Source: Dendrobates tinctorius | Lineage: Eukaryota | DNA length: 64,000 nt | NCBI RefSeq assembly: GCF_039654945.1 | Contig: NW_027361754.1 | Span: 29,264,001 to 29,328,000, forward strand | Direction of reading: 5' to 3' | In this document: in pieces, positions 49,901 through 62,159 of the stretch | Numbering within the stretch: position 1 is the first letter of the stretch | Layout of the letters: the number at the start of each line of letters is the position of its first letter | Notes under the pieces: model-generated | Databases searched by the model: none | What the model was told of the DNA's origin: nothing | What the model saw: only the letters and a program-made list of their open reading frames with translations | Made by a program: the position numbers and the translations under genes

Positions 49901-50162
49901 TAACCACCTGAATGGGATGAGGGAGTTTTTCGATCTTAAACCCGGCAGTGCGTGCAAACTCCTCATCTATGAGATTGGTGGCGGAACCGCTATCCACAAA
50001 CACTGATATTGGTAGCTCTCTGCCCGCGATAATAACCTTGGCAGGGAGCATACATTGAGATACCATCATGGAGGATATGCATACGCTCAGTTGGGCCTCC
50101 TCCATATCCTCTGAGCTTAACAGTTTTCCGCCGGTGTGACCTTCTTCGGTAGCACAGGACAA
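46950..50162 (-). CDS. pol: Pol (protease VDSGS, RT YLDD, RNase H, integrase, chromodomain truncated by a stop)
   Basis: 1070-aa ORF; after the TGA the frame continues [10 protein letters not shown]; overlaps the gag end with slippery GGAAAAC at ~50123-50129. Confidence 0.95.
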   Translation of the reverse strand: MSCATEEGHTGGKLLSSEDMEEAQLSVCISSMMVSQCMLPAKVIIAGRELPISVFVDSGSATNLIDEEFARTAGFKIEKLPHPIQVVTINAAPLPQGKITEFVAEVKLHIGVLHSEWVTCRVLRNLPAQMVLGFPWLSRHNPVIDWKTQDIVQWSGFCQDDCLATCVSAVTPSLPEALQDFVDVFSERGCSELPPHRAYDCVIRLKPGAKLPKARMFNISGPERQALKDYIAESLSKGHIRPPSSPVAAGFFFIKKKDGGLRPCLDFRELNQITIRDPYPMPLIPDLFNQVAGVKWFSKLDLRGAYNLIRVRQGDEWKTAFNTPEGHFESLVMPFGLTTAPAVFQHFINDVFAHVLGKFVIVYLDDILIYSSNRDTHLEHVRQVLQLLRENKLYAKLEKCLFFVQELPFLGYIVSAAGFKMDTAKVQAVLQWEKPDNLKALQRFLGFANYYRKFIKHFSTIAKPLTDMTKKGTDLASWSEVAIRAFERLKNSFASAPILVQPDVSKPFVVEVDASEVGVGAVLSQGSSLSDMHPCAYFSKKLSPAERNYGIGNRELLAIKLAFEEWRHFLEGVAHQVTVITDHKNLLYLESAKCLSPRQARWALFFTHFNFLVTYRPGAKNTKADALSRCFPGGEPREEPVPILQEGVVVSALTTEVEAEIAEAQEEVPPGLPTNKSFVPLHLRLKVLREHHNSVLAGDPGVKGTLELVSRRFWWPKIWQDVVSYVAARITCARVKSPRALPAGMLQPLGVPNRPWTEISMDFITDLPASAGNTVILVVVDRFSKMAHFVSLPSLPNAKTLAQVFVQEVVRLHGVPSDIVSDRGTQFVARFWKAFCSRLGIKLSHSSAFHPQSNGQTERMNQNLEQYLRCFVSDNQEEWSTFLPLAEFALNNHRQESSGESPFFCVYGQHPQFCTLRQGDSGGVPEEDQLGAQLSSVWRRVKQRLLSMSARYKRVADSRRVPGPDLCVGEWVWLATKNIKLKIPSLKLGPRFIGPFKIAAIINPVAYQLELPAVYKIHNVFHRALLKKVVGSVDTTPMPPPVMVDGDLEFEVSKVADSRVVRRTLQYLVH

Positions 50163-50968
50163 ACGTTAGCATAATGATTTCTTTTACCACAGTAAAAACA
50201 TGCTCCGGGCTTCCTGAACCCAGGAACGCGATGCTTAACCTGTGACACCCCCGCAATTTGCATAGGTTCAGTGGGCTCACCTGCAGCAACCACACTTGCA
50301 CCTCTGCTTTCCCCCAGGGGTAGCGTCTCCTGTGCCCCCTGACGCAAACGGCGATCAATACGTATAACCAAACTCATGGCAGACTCCAACGATGCAGGAG
50401 TCTCATACATCAGGAGGGCCTGTTTAACGTTCCCTGATACCCCATGAATAAACTGGCTCGGCAGCGCTGGGTCGTTCCACTGTGTGTCTACTGCCCAACG
50501 GCGAAATTCCGAACAATAGTCCTCCTCCAAGCGCTCCCCCTGGCGGAGGGCGCGGATTTTAGATTCCGCTAGAGCCAATCTGTCAGGATCATCATAAATG
50601 AGCCCGAGTGCAGAAAAAACATTATCAACAGAATGAAATGTAGCAGAGTCAGCTGATAAGGAAAATGCCCATGCTTGGCGGTCACCACTCAGTAATGATA
50701 ACACCAGACCCACCCGCTGAGCCTCATTACCTGAGGAGATAGGGCGCATGCGGAAGTATAACTTGCAGGCCTCCCGAAATATGACAAATTTGCTACGTTC
50801 CCCTGAGAATCGTTCTGGCAGCGGGATCTTCGGCTCTGCACCGATACCTGCAGATGCTGTTTGCACCTTCGCTACTACCAGGCCCTGCTGCTGAACTGCC
50901 CCTTTCAACTCGGAGACCTGTAAGGACAGCGCCACCAACTGACGGGTTATGGAATCCATGGGATCCAT
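50117..50968 (-). CDS. gag: Gag (sushi/PEG10-like capsid + CCHC zinc knuckle)
   Basis: PERFSGERSKF, LRQG, CFYCGKRNHYANVCP. Confidence 0.95.
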   Translation of the reverse strand: MDPMDSITRQLVALSLQVSELKGAVQQQGLVVAKVQTASAGIGAEPKIPLPERFSGERSKFVIFREACKLYFRMRPISSGNEAQRVGLVLSLLSGDRQAWAFSLSADSATFHSVDNVFSALGLIYDDPDRLALAESKIRALRQGERLEEDYCSEFRRWAVDTQWNDPALPSQFIHGVSGNVKQALLMYETPASLESAMSLVIRIDRRLRQGAQETLPLGESRGASVVAAGEPTEPMQIAGVSQVKHRVPGFRKPGACFYCGKRNHYANVCPVLPKKVTPAENC

Positions 50969-51660
50969 GGACTCCTGAAAAATGTAGGCCGATTATAATG
51001 TCACGCGGGGCTTAGGTCAACTAAGGCTGAAATACCCGGGGCCCCTGTGGTGTCCCTTTAACTAGGGGAAACCCTGTCTGACCCTCAACCCCGGGTTTTT
51101 GCTGATGGTGCAAATGCCTGAGCCTCCAACCTTTCCTTATCTCCTGCTCAACCCTAAGCTTAACCCTCCACCCTCCACCCAGTGAGGAGACAAACCACCA
51201 AAGCCCCACACAATAATGACAGACAGGGAAAACTTAAACTGCACCGCGCCGCATACACACAGGACTATACAGTAATGTGAACAGGGCACAACAAAACACA
51301 AATATGGGAAGGTGAAAAGGTAACAACGGATCATACGCCACCAGATACGAATCTCTCTCTCTCCAACACCTCCACTCCAGACCGGAACCACTTGGTATGA
51401 AACACAAGCTATAATCGGCGACGCCCATAGGCCAGCACGACTATTTAAAGACCATGGGCGTGACCAAACATCCAACCTGAACTCCAGCTAGATTAACCCC
51501 CAATAGCCTGAGAAAATCAAGCCGGCGCCACTGAGGCTATAGTGGACGGAGGTGGAACTACCTCTGCCTGCCGGACGCTGTGGTGTGAATAGCGTCCGAC
51601 ATGACAGAAACTCGGATTTTTTTTGACACTGAAGGTCATAAACTGCTCACAGACTTTTGT

Positions 51661-54132
51661 CTAAAAGTCGTTGATGATTTCTGAGAGGTCTAGACTCTTC
51701 AAAAGCTCTTGTTCAATGCTCATTACAGAGAGATGATTGAGTCTGTCTTGTCCCATTTGACTCCTCAACTCATTTTTAATTCGTTTAAGTTTTGAAAAGG
51801 ATCTCTCACCTGTGCAGTTTGAAACCATCATGCATAAATATAGTCTCAGAATTATCTCTGTATTGAAAAATGTTTGAGTGAGGCCATGTTGATGAAGAAA
51901 AAAGAACATCTGGAGTTCGGCTCCTTTATCACCACAGCATGTTATTGATTGTGACTTGGACGAAAGAAAACTTGCAAACTGAACCAGCTCAGTTTCTGTC
52001 ACACCTGGCATTAAGTCTTCTGGATATGACTGAACCAAATTTTCAGCAGCCATACGAATTTTGTGAGTGGACAGCGTACACAGATTAGATAAGAATCCAA
52101 ACTTGGAGCACACATCATTATAAGCCTCCAGACGTTGCTGTAAACCACTATATAAGTGATCAATTACAGTGTTAAAAACTTCAATTTTAAACTTTTCCCT
52201 TGGTGTGAGTACAGTGTTTTCTCCTTCTCCATGATCATAACGTCGATTATGTGGCCGAAACCGTTTCTGAGCAGCACTGTATTCAATATGGCCACACAAC
52301 TTAATTGCTGCTTTTTCGTAGTGTTCAAATTCTTCTCGTTGACTCTGTACGATGGTTGAAAGAGACTTCAGTAGAGCAACAACAGTGTTTAAATTCAAAC
52401 CGGCTTCTTGCAGTGACAAATTTGTTTTATGAAATCTTTCCAAAATGGTGTTCCAAGAAACAACAAGAATAGTAGAATCCAATTCTGACAATTTATCCAG
52501 CAAAGAGCTAGCTTCATTTTTGCATGAACTGTAGTCTGGGTCAGAGGACATGCATTCTAGCAGACTGCAGATAGACTCATAACTTTTGCAAAGTGCTGAT
52601 ACAGCATCATATCTGGCAGACCATCTTGTAGCAGACAGATGCTTGACAACTGGTAGTCCTAAAGCTTTCTGTTTCTCCACCAGCAGTCTCCATCTATGAG
52701 ATGAAGTTGAAAAGAAAACATAAAGCAGCTCAAAATTGTTAAAAAATCTGTAAACAACTGGGTTGCACTCAGCACTGTTTTTACCCACTAAGTTGAGAGA
52801 GTGTGCAGCACATGGAATATATGTTGCATAAGGGCACTGCTCTCTTATAATTGTTTGGACACCAATGTACTTGCCACTCATGTTAGCTGCATTATCATAA
52901 GATGGTCCTCGACAATCTTTAATGTCAATTTTATGTTTGCTCAAGAAATCTAAAATTAGTTTCGCAATGTTTTGGCCACTGTGACCAAGAACTGGTAGAA
53001 ACTGCAAAAACCGCTCCACAGGTCCACTTGGTAAAACATATCGTACAATGAAGGTTAGTTGATCACGGTGAGTGATGTCAGGTGTAGAATCTACAGATAT
53101 GGAATAAAATTTGGCTTTCATTATCTCCTGTACAATTATACACAGAACTTTTGTTCCCAAAATTTGTATGAGTTCTTCACAGACAGTAGAGGAAAGATAA
53201 GATGTGTGGCCTTTACCTTTGTTGGCATATTGTTTGATGTGTTCATCTAGAAATTCATCTACATTTGCCATAACTTCTAAGATCCCTAAGTAATTGCTAT
53301 TGTGGGGAGAACCAATAATTTCATCTTTGCCTCTCAGTGGAAGGCCTCGTTCAGCCAGGTGCTGGATAACAATGAGACATCTCTTAAGTACCTTATGCCA
53401 GTACAGCGTTTCACCCTCCAATTGCAAAATTATCTGACTATCAACTCGTCCAGAGCTTTGACCTCTTGCCACTATTGATAAGACAGATTGTTTGTGAGTA
53501 TCACTACTTTCATGCCGAAAAAGCCGATCCTCTGCATGTTTCCAGTCATTAAATCAAAGAGTAAAAAGGCCACGTTTACTGGCAATCAGTTTGCATGGAA
53601 AACAATATAATTTTCCATCAGATGGTGAATAACATAACCAATTTCTTTCGGATGTTTCTTTTGTTTTGGGGTTAACATGGGTGAAGAATGATTTTTTGCA
53701 GTAGCGATAATATCCTTCAATTGTCAAAACACCAGAGTCTTTAAAGTCAGCATCAGCAATTTTGCAAAGTTTGCTTCCCTTTATAACCCAATACTCCAAC
53801 AATTCTTTGGAGATATTTTCTCCCCACAATCCAATATCACAAGGAAATTGCAACATTTCCACATGTGCACCTAGCTCTTCAACAATTTCCACTGGATCTC
53901 TTTGAATGTCTAACACAGCATCAGCTAACTCTGAGTCAATAGATATATTAGTTGGGACAGATGCAGATGTAGAAGCTTCACTGCTGCTCGGCTCTTGGTG
54001 TTGTTCCGTTTGAGTTTTCTTTTTAAAAAATGTGTCTAACTTAGTCATTTTAGAAACCTTATATCTTTGTTGTTGTTCTCTTAAATGTTGGTATTTTCTT
54101 TTCTGAGCACCAGACTTGTGTGTTGAGTGCAT
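51661..54132 (-). pseudogene. hAT transposase (TTF-type Zn finger, DUF4371, hATC dimerisation; ZMYM1-like), one in-frame stop
   Basis: ORFs 53554..54132 and 51661..53472 share a frame (L*FNDWKH; TGA in place of GGA); WLCYS..LYCFPC, DSTPD, YDNAANMSG, CAAHSLNL, TRWS, ERSFSKLKRIKN motifs. Confidence 0.93.
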
Positions 54133-54651
54133 CTATTAAAAGATAGTAAAATTCTGTAGTTAAAAATGGTGATGGTTGTGAAAATAAGCGTGAGAATAGT
54201 GCATTGTCTAATGTGTAATAGAGAGAAAAGTACCTACCTAAAATGGAGGTCCCAATCCTGATATTTTGGAATTCGAGTCTTCAACTTAATGCACTGAATG
54301 CTCCTAAGATTGCCAGTCTGTGTCCAAGAGAGGGGGAAAAGGGTTGAATTCACTAAAGGGTTTTTATGAGCAGGACCCTCACCCTTATTTCCTCATAGAG
54401 TGTAATAAGTGATGATTCGGGGTCCGTACCGAACATCGCCCATTTGGGGTCGACTACATCGAACAGGTGATGTTCGCTCATCACTTTAGAAAAATAAATA
54501 AATCTCTTCTATCTTCTGTGTGCGAAGTGTCTGCTGGCCATGTCATCACACACACGTCCTCTTCTTCCGGCTATGTGACCTGTGACCAGTGTCGACACGT
54601 TGTTATCCCCCAACTCAAATATCAGAGCATCTTCCAAGTGTCAGAGCGGGC

Positions 54652-57600
54652 TGTTATGATTGAGTCACCTTAGGAGGCAGACACAAAAATAGAAGCTACG
54701 TCCAGAAAACCAGAGAAGTTGGCAACTATCAGATTGCAGACCCCTGAACCTATCAACACAACTAGCAGTAGCCCTGGGGGGTTCCTACGATGCCCTAGAC
54801 CCCTCGATCACAGCCGGAGCGCTTAATAGCCTAAAGACAGAAAAGGAAATCTAAACTGCCCCAGAGCAGACCCCAAAGTAAAAGGCAGCCCCCAACATAT
54901 AATGACGGTGAAGCAAGATGAAAAAACACTCACACAGATAGAAAGATAGGCTGAGCAAACGATGGGGCCCAAGCTAACTAAACAGAAAAGGAAAGGAAGG
55001 TTGCTGTCTGCAATCTGCCAAAACCCTATCAAAGACATAAGCCAACACGCTGATATGGAAAAAGACCCTGAAGCAGCTAGGCTTCAAAAACTAAATCAGC
55101 ACTCAGGTATTTTCAGAAGACAGAGCTAAAGGAATTCAGCACACCCAGGCAGGGAATGGCAGAAATCCAGAAAAACAAAGCAAAACAAAGTCAAGCACAA
55201 ATGCAAAAAGCCGAGCAGAAAACTTAGCTTTAGAAGAGCAGGAATTCAGACTGGTCTCCAAGGACCCACAGAGAAATCACCCGCAGGGCAGAAGGGCGTC
55301 AGCAGCCTTATATCCAGTTCAGTAACTCCACTCAGCCAGTCATCATCATCAGACTCAGGTGTTTGATAATCAGGCTCACTACCTTTCTTTACCAGAAGAG
55401 GGAGTTCCTCGGGCCTCAGTAGTGAAGGGGAAAATGAACTCACAACAGTACCTCCCCCTTGAGGAGGGGTCACCGAACCCTCAACCACGCCACCAGGGCG
55501 ATCAGGGTGAGCCCGATGAAAGGCACGCACCAATCTTTTGGCATGAATATCAGAGGCAGAGACCCAGGAATTATCCTCCTGACCATAACCCTTCCACTTA
55601 ACCAAATACTGGAGTCTCCGTCTAGCCAGACGGGAATCCAGTACTTTCTCTACCTCATATTCCATGTTACCTTCAACCAATACAGGGTCTGGAGGTGCCA
55701 CCCCCGGAACAACAGGTTCAACAAACCTCTTCAACAAAGATTTATGGAACACATTATGGATTTTAAATGTGACAGGAAGAGCCAAACGAAAAGAGACCGG
55801 ATTAATAATCTCCAAATCTTGTAAGGTCCAATAAATCTAGGCTTAAACTTAGGAGAAGCCACCTTCATAGCAATATTTTTTGATGATAACCACACCATAT
55901 CACCAACCTTAAACTGGGGACCAATGGTCCTATGTCGGTTGGAAAACCGCTGGGCCTTTTCCTGGGAGAGAGATAACTTATCCACCACTTGGTCCCAGAT
56001 CTGGTGTATTCTCTCCACCACAGTGTCAACACCTGGGCAGGCAGAGGGCTCCACCTGCCCTGAAGAAAATCGAGGATGAAACCCAAAGTTACAAAAAAAG
56101 GTGACATCAAAGTGGCAGAACTAGCTCTATTATTTAAAGCAAATTCGGCCAAGGGCAAAAATGAAACCCAATCATCCTGATCAGCAGAAATAAAACATCT
56201 CAAATATGACTCCAAGGTCTGGTTTGTTCTCTCTGTCTGCCCATTGGTCTGAGGGTGAAAAGCAGAGGAGAAGGACAACTCCCAGCTTGGAACAGAAAGT
56301 TCTCCAAAATCTAGACACAAACTGGACTCCTCTGTCAGATACAATGTTCTCAGGAATCCCGTGCAAGCGAACCACCTGTTGTAAAAACAGGGGCACCAAC
56401 TCAGAGGAAGATGGCAACTTAGGGAGTGGTACAAGATGAACCATCTTAGAGAACCTATCACAAACCACCCAAATAACAGTCATCCTTTGAGAGACAGGCA
56501 TATCAGAGATGAAATCCATTGAAACATGGGTCCATGGCCTCTTGGGGACAGGCAAAGGCATCAACAACCCACTAGAGCGAGAACACGATTTAGACCGGGA
56601 GCACGTCCCACAGGACTGCACAAAATTCCTGACATCACGAGACAAGGAGGGCCACCAAAAAGACCGACTCACCAGATCTCTAGTACCAAAAATACCTGGA
56701 TGACCAGCCAATGCAGAGCAATGAACTTCAGACATCACTCTCTTCTTCCACTGGTCAGGAACATACAATTTTCCACTGGGACAATGCTCAGGTTTGTCCT
56801 CCTGGAACTCTTCCAGAGCACGTCTCAAATTGGGCGAGATGGCAGAAAGAACTACCCCTTCGCCTAAGATGGTAGCAGGCTTGGTCACCACAGGAGAATC
56901 AGCAAAGAAGCTCCTAGAGAGGGCGTCTGCCTTGACATTCTTAGTTCCAGGAAGAAAAGAAACCACAAAATCAAAACGTGTAAAAAACAAGGCCCACCTA
57001 GCCTGTCTAGGGTTCAAGCGCTTAGCCGACTCTAGGTAAATCAAATTCTTGTGGTCAGTGAGGACCACGACTTGATGCTTAGCTCCCTCCAACCAATGTC
57101 TCCACTCCTCAAATGCCCATTTCATGGCCAACAGTTCCCGAATCCCCACATCATAGTTACGTTCAGATGGAGAGAACTTTCGGGAAAAGAAAGCACAGGG
57201 ATTCATTTTAGATGTTACAGGATCCTTTTGGGACAAAACAGCTCCTGCCCCAATCTCAGAAGCATCCACCTCTACCTGGAACGGAAGTGAGACATCAGGT
57301 TGCCGCAAAACCGGGGCGGAGGTGAATCTTCGCTTCAGCTCCTGAAAGGAAGAAACAGCCTCCGGAGACCAATTTAACACATCAGCACCCTTCTTAGTCA
57401 AATCAGTCAATGGCTTGGCAATACTAGAAAATTTTGCTATAAATTTCTGATCAAAATTAGCAAAACCCAAAAACTTCTGGAGGGCCTTCAAAGAAGTGGG
57501 CTGAACCCAATCGTAAATGGCCTGTACCTTGGCCGGGTCCATTTCAATAGTTGACGGGGACAAAATAAATCCCAAAAAAGAAATCCTCTGTACTCCAAAA

Positions 57601-60428
57601 AGGCATTTAGATCCTTTGACATACAGGGAATTCTCCCTCAAGATCCGGAACACAGTCCGAATATGTTCCACATGAGAATTCCAATCCTTGGAGAAGATCA
57701 AAATATCATCCAGATAGATAATCAAAAATTTATCGACAAAATCTCGGAAAATATCGTTCATGAAGCACTGGAAGACAGAAGGGGCATTAGTGAGCCCAAA
57801 AGGCATCACCAGGTACTCAAAATGTCCCTCCGGAGTATTAAACGCCGTCTTCCATTCATCCCCATGCTTAATGCGAATAAGATTATACGCCCCCCTGAGG
57901 TCAAGCTTGGTAAACCAGCAAGCACCTTTAACTCTGGAGAATAGATCAGAAATCAGGGGTAACGGATACTGATATTTAACAGTAATTTTGTTGAGGGCAC
58001 GATAATCAATACAAGGTCTTAATGATCCATCCTTTTTGGCTACAAAAAAAAAACCAGCACCTAAGGGTGACGAGGATGGTCTAATATGACCCTTCTCCAA
58101 CGCCTCCTTAATATAGGATCGCATAGCCTCATGCTCGGGTACAGATAAATTGAAGAGCCGACCCTTGGGAAATTTACACCCCGGGCTCAGTTCAATTGCA
58201 CAGTCATGACTCCTATGAGGAGGCAGAGACGCAGACTCATTCTCACTAAATACATCATAAAAGTCCGCCAAATAATCAGGAACATCATGCGACTGAGGAG
58301 AGGTGGAAAACACCGGAGCCTCACTAAAGGCACACCGACAACCCCAACTCACCACAGACACAGATTTCCAATCCAAAACTGGATTATGGATTTGTAACCA
58401 GGGAAACCCCAGAACAATAGTATCATGCAGATTATGCAACACCAAAAATCTGCAATTTTCTTGATGGTCTGGGGCGACCCGCATTACCACCTGGGTCCAA
58501 AACTGAGGTTTATTTTTAGCCAAAGGAGTAGCATCAATCCCCCTCAAAGGGATAGGCGTCTGCAGAGGTGTCATCGGAAATCCACAACGTTTAGCAAAAT
58601 CCAAGTCCATTAGGTTTAGGGCTGCTCCCGAATCCACAAAAGCCTTGGCGGAAAATGTGGACAGGGAGCAGATCAGAGTAATAGCCAGAAGAAACTTAGG
58701 TTGAACACCACCAACAGAAAACGTGTGTGCAAAGCGTTTCTCTCGTTTAGGACAGACAGAAATAATATGCGAGGCATCTCCACAGAAAAAACACAACTTA
58801 TTACGCCTTCTGAACTCCTGACGCTGCTCTCTGGAAAAAACTCTATCACATTGCATAGGTTCAGACATTTGTTCAACAGGTGGCAACACCTCTCGTGCAG
58901 CTTTGCGTTCGCGCAAACGCCGATCAACCTGAATGGCTAATGACATAGAATCGTCAAGACCAGAGGGAACAGGAAATCCCACCCACCATAGTATCTTTTA
59001 TGGCTTCTGACAACCCCTTCCGAAAGAGAGCAGCCAAGGCATTATCATTCCAGGTAGTAAGTACTGCCCAATTTCGGAATTTTTGACAGTACAATTCTGC
59101 AGAATCACGACCCTGGTTCAATGCCAGCAGGGTCTTTTCAGCCTGATCAATAGCATTAGGTTCGTCATACAACAACCCCAAGGCCTGAAAAAATGCGTTC
59201 ACATTAGTCACAATAGGATCATCTGGTTTCAAAGAAAACGCCCAATCCTGGGGATCGCCACGCAGCAAAGAGATGACAATTTTAACCTGTTGCGCGGAGC
59301 TCCCTGACGACTTAGGCTTCAAGGCAAAAAATAATTTACAATTATTTTTGAAATTCAAAAATTTAGACCGATCCCCCAAAAATACATCAGCTGTAGGAAT
59401 CTTTGGTTCAGCAGCATGTGAATGAGCAAGGTAGGCGGAAATTCCCCGCACTTCCGCAGCGAGCTGCTCCACACGATCAGACAATTGCTTTATCTCCATT
59501 GAGAGAAAAAAAAATTCCCCCTACGGCCTCAGAGATATAGAGGAAAAAATATACACACTTTTTTTTTTTTTTTTTTTTACAATTATTTCCTGCTATTGAG
59601 TACCCTAGGATCTGCGGTATGGCGGGTGATTCTGTTATGATTGAGTCACCGTAGGAGGCAGACACAAAAATAGAAGCTACGTCCAGAAAACCAGAGAAGT
59701 TGGCAACTATCAGATTGCAGACCCCTGAACCTATCAACACAACTAGCAGTAGCCGTGGGGGGTTCTTATGATGCCCTAGACCCCTCGATCACAGCCGGAG
59801 CGCTGAATAGCCTAAAGACAGAAAAGGAAATCTAAACTGCCCCAGAGCAGACCCCAAAGTAAAAGGCAGCCCCCAACATATAATGACGGTGAAGCAAGAT
59901 GAAAAAACACTCACACAGATAGAAAGATAGGCTGAGCAAACGATGGGGCCCAAGCTAACTAAACAGAAAAGGAAAGGAAGGTTGTTGTCTGCAATCTGCC
60001 AAAACCCTATCAAAGACATAAGCCAACAAGCTGATATGGAAAAAGACCCTGAAGCAGCTAGGCTTCAAAAACTAAATCAGCACTCAGGTATTTTCAGAAG
60101 ACAGAGCTAAAGGAATTCAGCACACCCAGGCAGGGAATGGCAGAAATCCAGAAAAACAAAGCAAAACAAAGTCAAGCACAAATGCAAAAAGCCGAGCAGA
60201 AAACTTAGCTTTAGAAGAGCAGGAATTCAGACTGGTCTCCAAGGATCCCACAGAGAAATCACCCGCAGGGCAGAAGGGCGTCGGCAGCCTTATATCCAGT
60301 CAGTAACTCCACTCAGCCAGTCATCATCATCAGACTCAGGTGTTTGATAATCAGGCTCACTACCTTTCTTTACCAGAAGAGGGAGTTCCTCGGGCCTCAG
60401 TAGTGAAGGGGAAAATGAACTCACAACA
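54652..60428 (-). mobile_element. Second chromoviral Gypsy (Tf1/sushi group), full-length but frameshifted
   Basis: LTRs 54652-55447 and 59633-60428 (796 bp each); flanks GCGGGC/ACGGGC; gag 58954..59499; pol 56181..58982 plus frameshifted IN and chromodomain pieces. Confidence 0.95.
55448..59499 (-). pseudogene. gag-pol of the second Gypsy, several frameshifts
   Basis: CFFCGDASHIISVCP, VDSGA, YLDD, VDASE, SDRG and YEVEKVLD..YLVKWKGY motifs spread over five ORFs. Confidence 0.92.
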
Positions 60429-60457
60429 ACGGGCCATTTTTTCCCAGCATTGCTTAG

Positions 60458-60573
60458 TGATGTTGAGCTTTCCGATACCGCGAATATCGGCCGATATCCG
60501 ACATTTTTTGGATATTGGACCAATTCAATCTTATCCGATATTTCATGGTATCGGAAAATATCGCTCAAGACTA
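60458..60573. mobile_element. Tiny hAT-type MITE related to 18254-21471
   Basis: TGATGTTGAGC...GCTCAAGACTA; TSD TTGCTTAG; CCGATA motifs. Confidence 0.75.
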
Positions 60574-61088
60574 TTGCTTAGCAATGATCCGTGAATAACG
60601 GCGCACAAACTAATCTCATCCACGTGCAATCAGATTTCTTTCGTGCAACCATTGACTTGGATAGGTGACTGGCATCCAAGATGTCACACCACAGTAGGAT
60701 ATTCTGCAAATTTGTTTTTCGGGATCAGTCTAATTCTGGTGTTGCAAATCAGACCAATTTTTATAACTGATAATCCATACTATTCATCTTACTAATAATT
60801 GTGGCACCCAAGTCCCGAAAATGAATAAAGTGAGGGAGAGAGAGAGGAGAGAGACAGAGGGGGAGAGGAGAGAGACAGAGGGGGAGAGAGAGACAGAGGG
60901 GGAGAGAGAGAGATTTTCAACAGGGTAGGATTTTTAAGGTCTAAAAGTTGCCTGTGAATAGTGATGGGCTTACCGAGCATGTTCGGTATTTTTTCATTCG
61001 GATGTTCGGTTCGGATCGATTTACCACACATGAATTTTGTTCGGTATTGCAATACCAAACAAAATTTGTTCGGTATTTCCAAACAAAT

Positions 61089-61514
61089 GAGAGAGAGAGA
61101 AGAGAGAGACGAGAAAGAGAGAGGATAGAGAAGAGAGAGAAGGAGAGACGAGCAAGAGAGATGACAAAGGGAGAAGAGAGAGGAGAGAGAGAGGAGAGAG
61201 AAGAGAGGGAGAGAAGAGAGGGAGAGAAAAGAGGGAGAGAAGAGAGGGAGAGAAGAGAGAGAAGAGAGAGAGAAGAGAAGACAGAGAGAGGAGAAAGAGA
61301 GAGAAGAGAGGAGAGGAGAGAGAGAAGAGAGAGAAGAAGAGAGAAGAAGAGAGAGAGAAGAGAGGGAGAGAAGAGAGAGAAGAGAAGAGAAGAGAGAGAA
61401 GAGAGAGAAGAGAAGAGAGAGAAGAGAGAGAGGAGAAAGAGAGAGAGGAGAGAAGAAGAGAGCGAAGAAGAGGGAGAAGAGAGAGAGAGAAGAGAGGGAG
61501 AAAAGAGAGAGAGA
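61089..61514. repeat. GA-rich low-complexity microsatellite
   Basis: (GA)n/(GAA)n; a smaller tract at ~60830-60912. Confidence 0.95.
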
Positions 61515-61940
61515 CTCCAGCAATGCAATTTAACTGCAACTGCTATCGATACAGCGCATCAACACATTCGCTGTTGCGAATATTCACAACAGCGACCGGT
61601 TAATTGGAAAAATGTTCGGTACTGATACCGAACATTCGGTACTGAACATCCGGTACTGAATGCGAACAAGAATTGCAGATTTTGTGCGGCTTGAATTTGC
61701 GGAAAAATTTAAATATCCCCGCCTTCCTTGAAAATCCGCAATCACGTGGTGTTTTTGGTGCGGTTTTCATGCGGTTTTTGTGCGGAATGTATGTGGCCCC
61801 ATAGGAGTCCATTATAGACTTTCCGCAGCAGATCCGATGACAGCAATGACATGCTGCAGCCGGAAAAACCGCAATTGCGTACAAATCCGGTCGGTACGCA
61901 AGCAGGTGTGCACATTTAACATTGGTCCCTATGGGTTAAA

Positions 61941-62159
61941 CCATGTCCACACGTGGCGGAATGGTGGCGCGTTTTCCGTACGGACCCGCAGCAAACCAAG
62001 TGCTGCGGTCTGTACGGCTGTCAATTCCTGGGCGGGGACCACAGCTAGCTGAGCACTGCGGTCCCCGTGCGGGAATTGACAGCCGTACGGACCACAGCAC
62101 TTGGTTTGCTGCAGGTCCGTATGGAAAACCCGCCACCATTCCGCCACGTGTGGACATGG
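61941..62159. repeat. ~220-bp palindrome at the end of a PIF-type MITE
   Basis: CCATGTCCACACGTGGCGGAATGGTGGCG...CGCCACCATTCCGCCACGTGTGGACATGG, followed by CC|TAA. Confidence 0.85.

Larger units (their letters stand above)
46206..51606 (-). mobile_element. Near-intact chromoviral Gypsy (Tf1/sushi group) retrotransposon
   Basis: LTRs 46206-46800 and 50999-51606; 5-bp TSD GAAAC; gag and pol ORFs; chromodomain; self-priming PBS. Confidence 0.96.

Noticed and set aside
46950-54132. Host genes PEG10/RTL1 or ZMYM1 (and POGK at 43425-44735)
   Set aside because: Each ORF lies within LTRs or TIRs with TSDs and carries lesions, so these are transposon copies, not domesticated genes.
60792-61625. Ser/Leu-rich and Glu/Arg-rich ORFs
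   Set aside because: They come from the (GA)n low-complexity tract.
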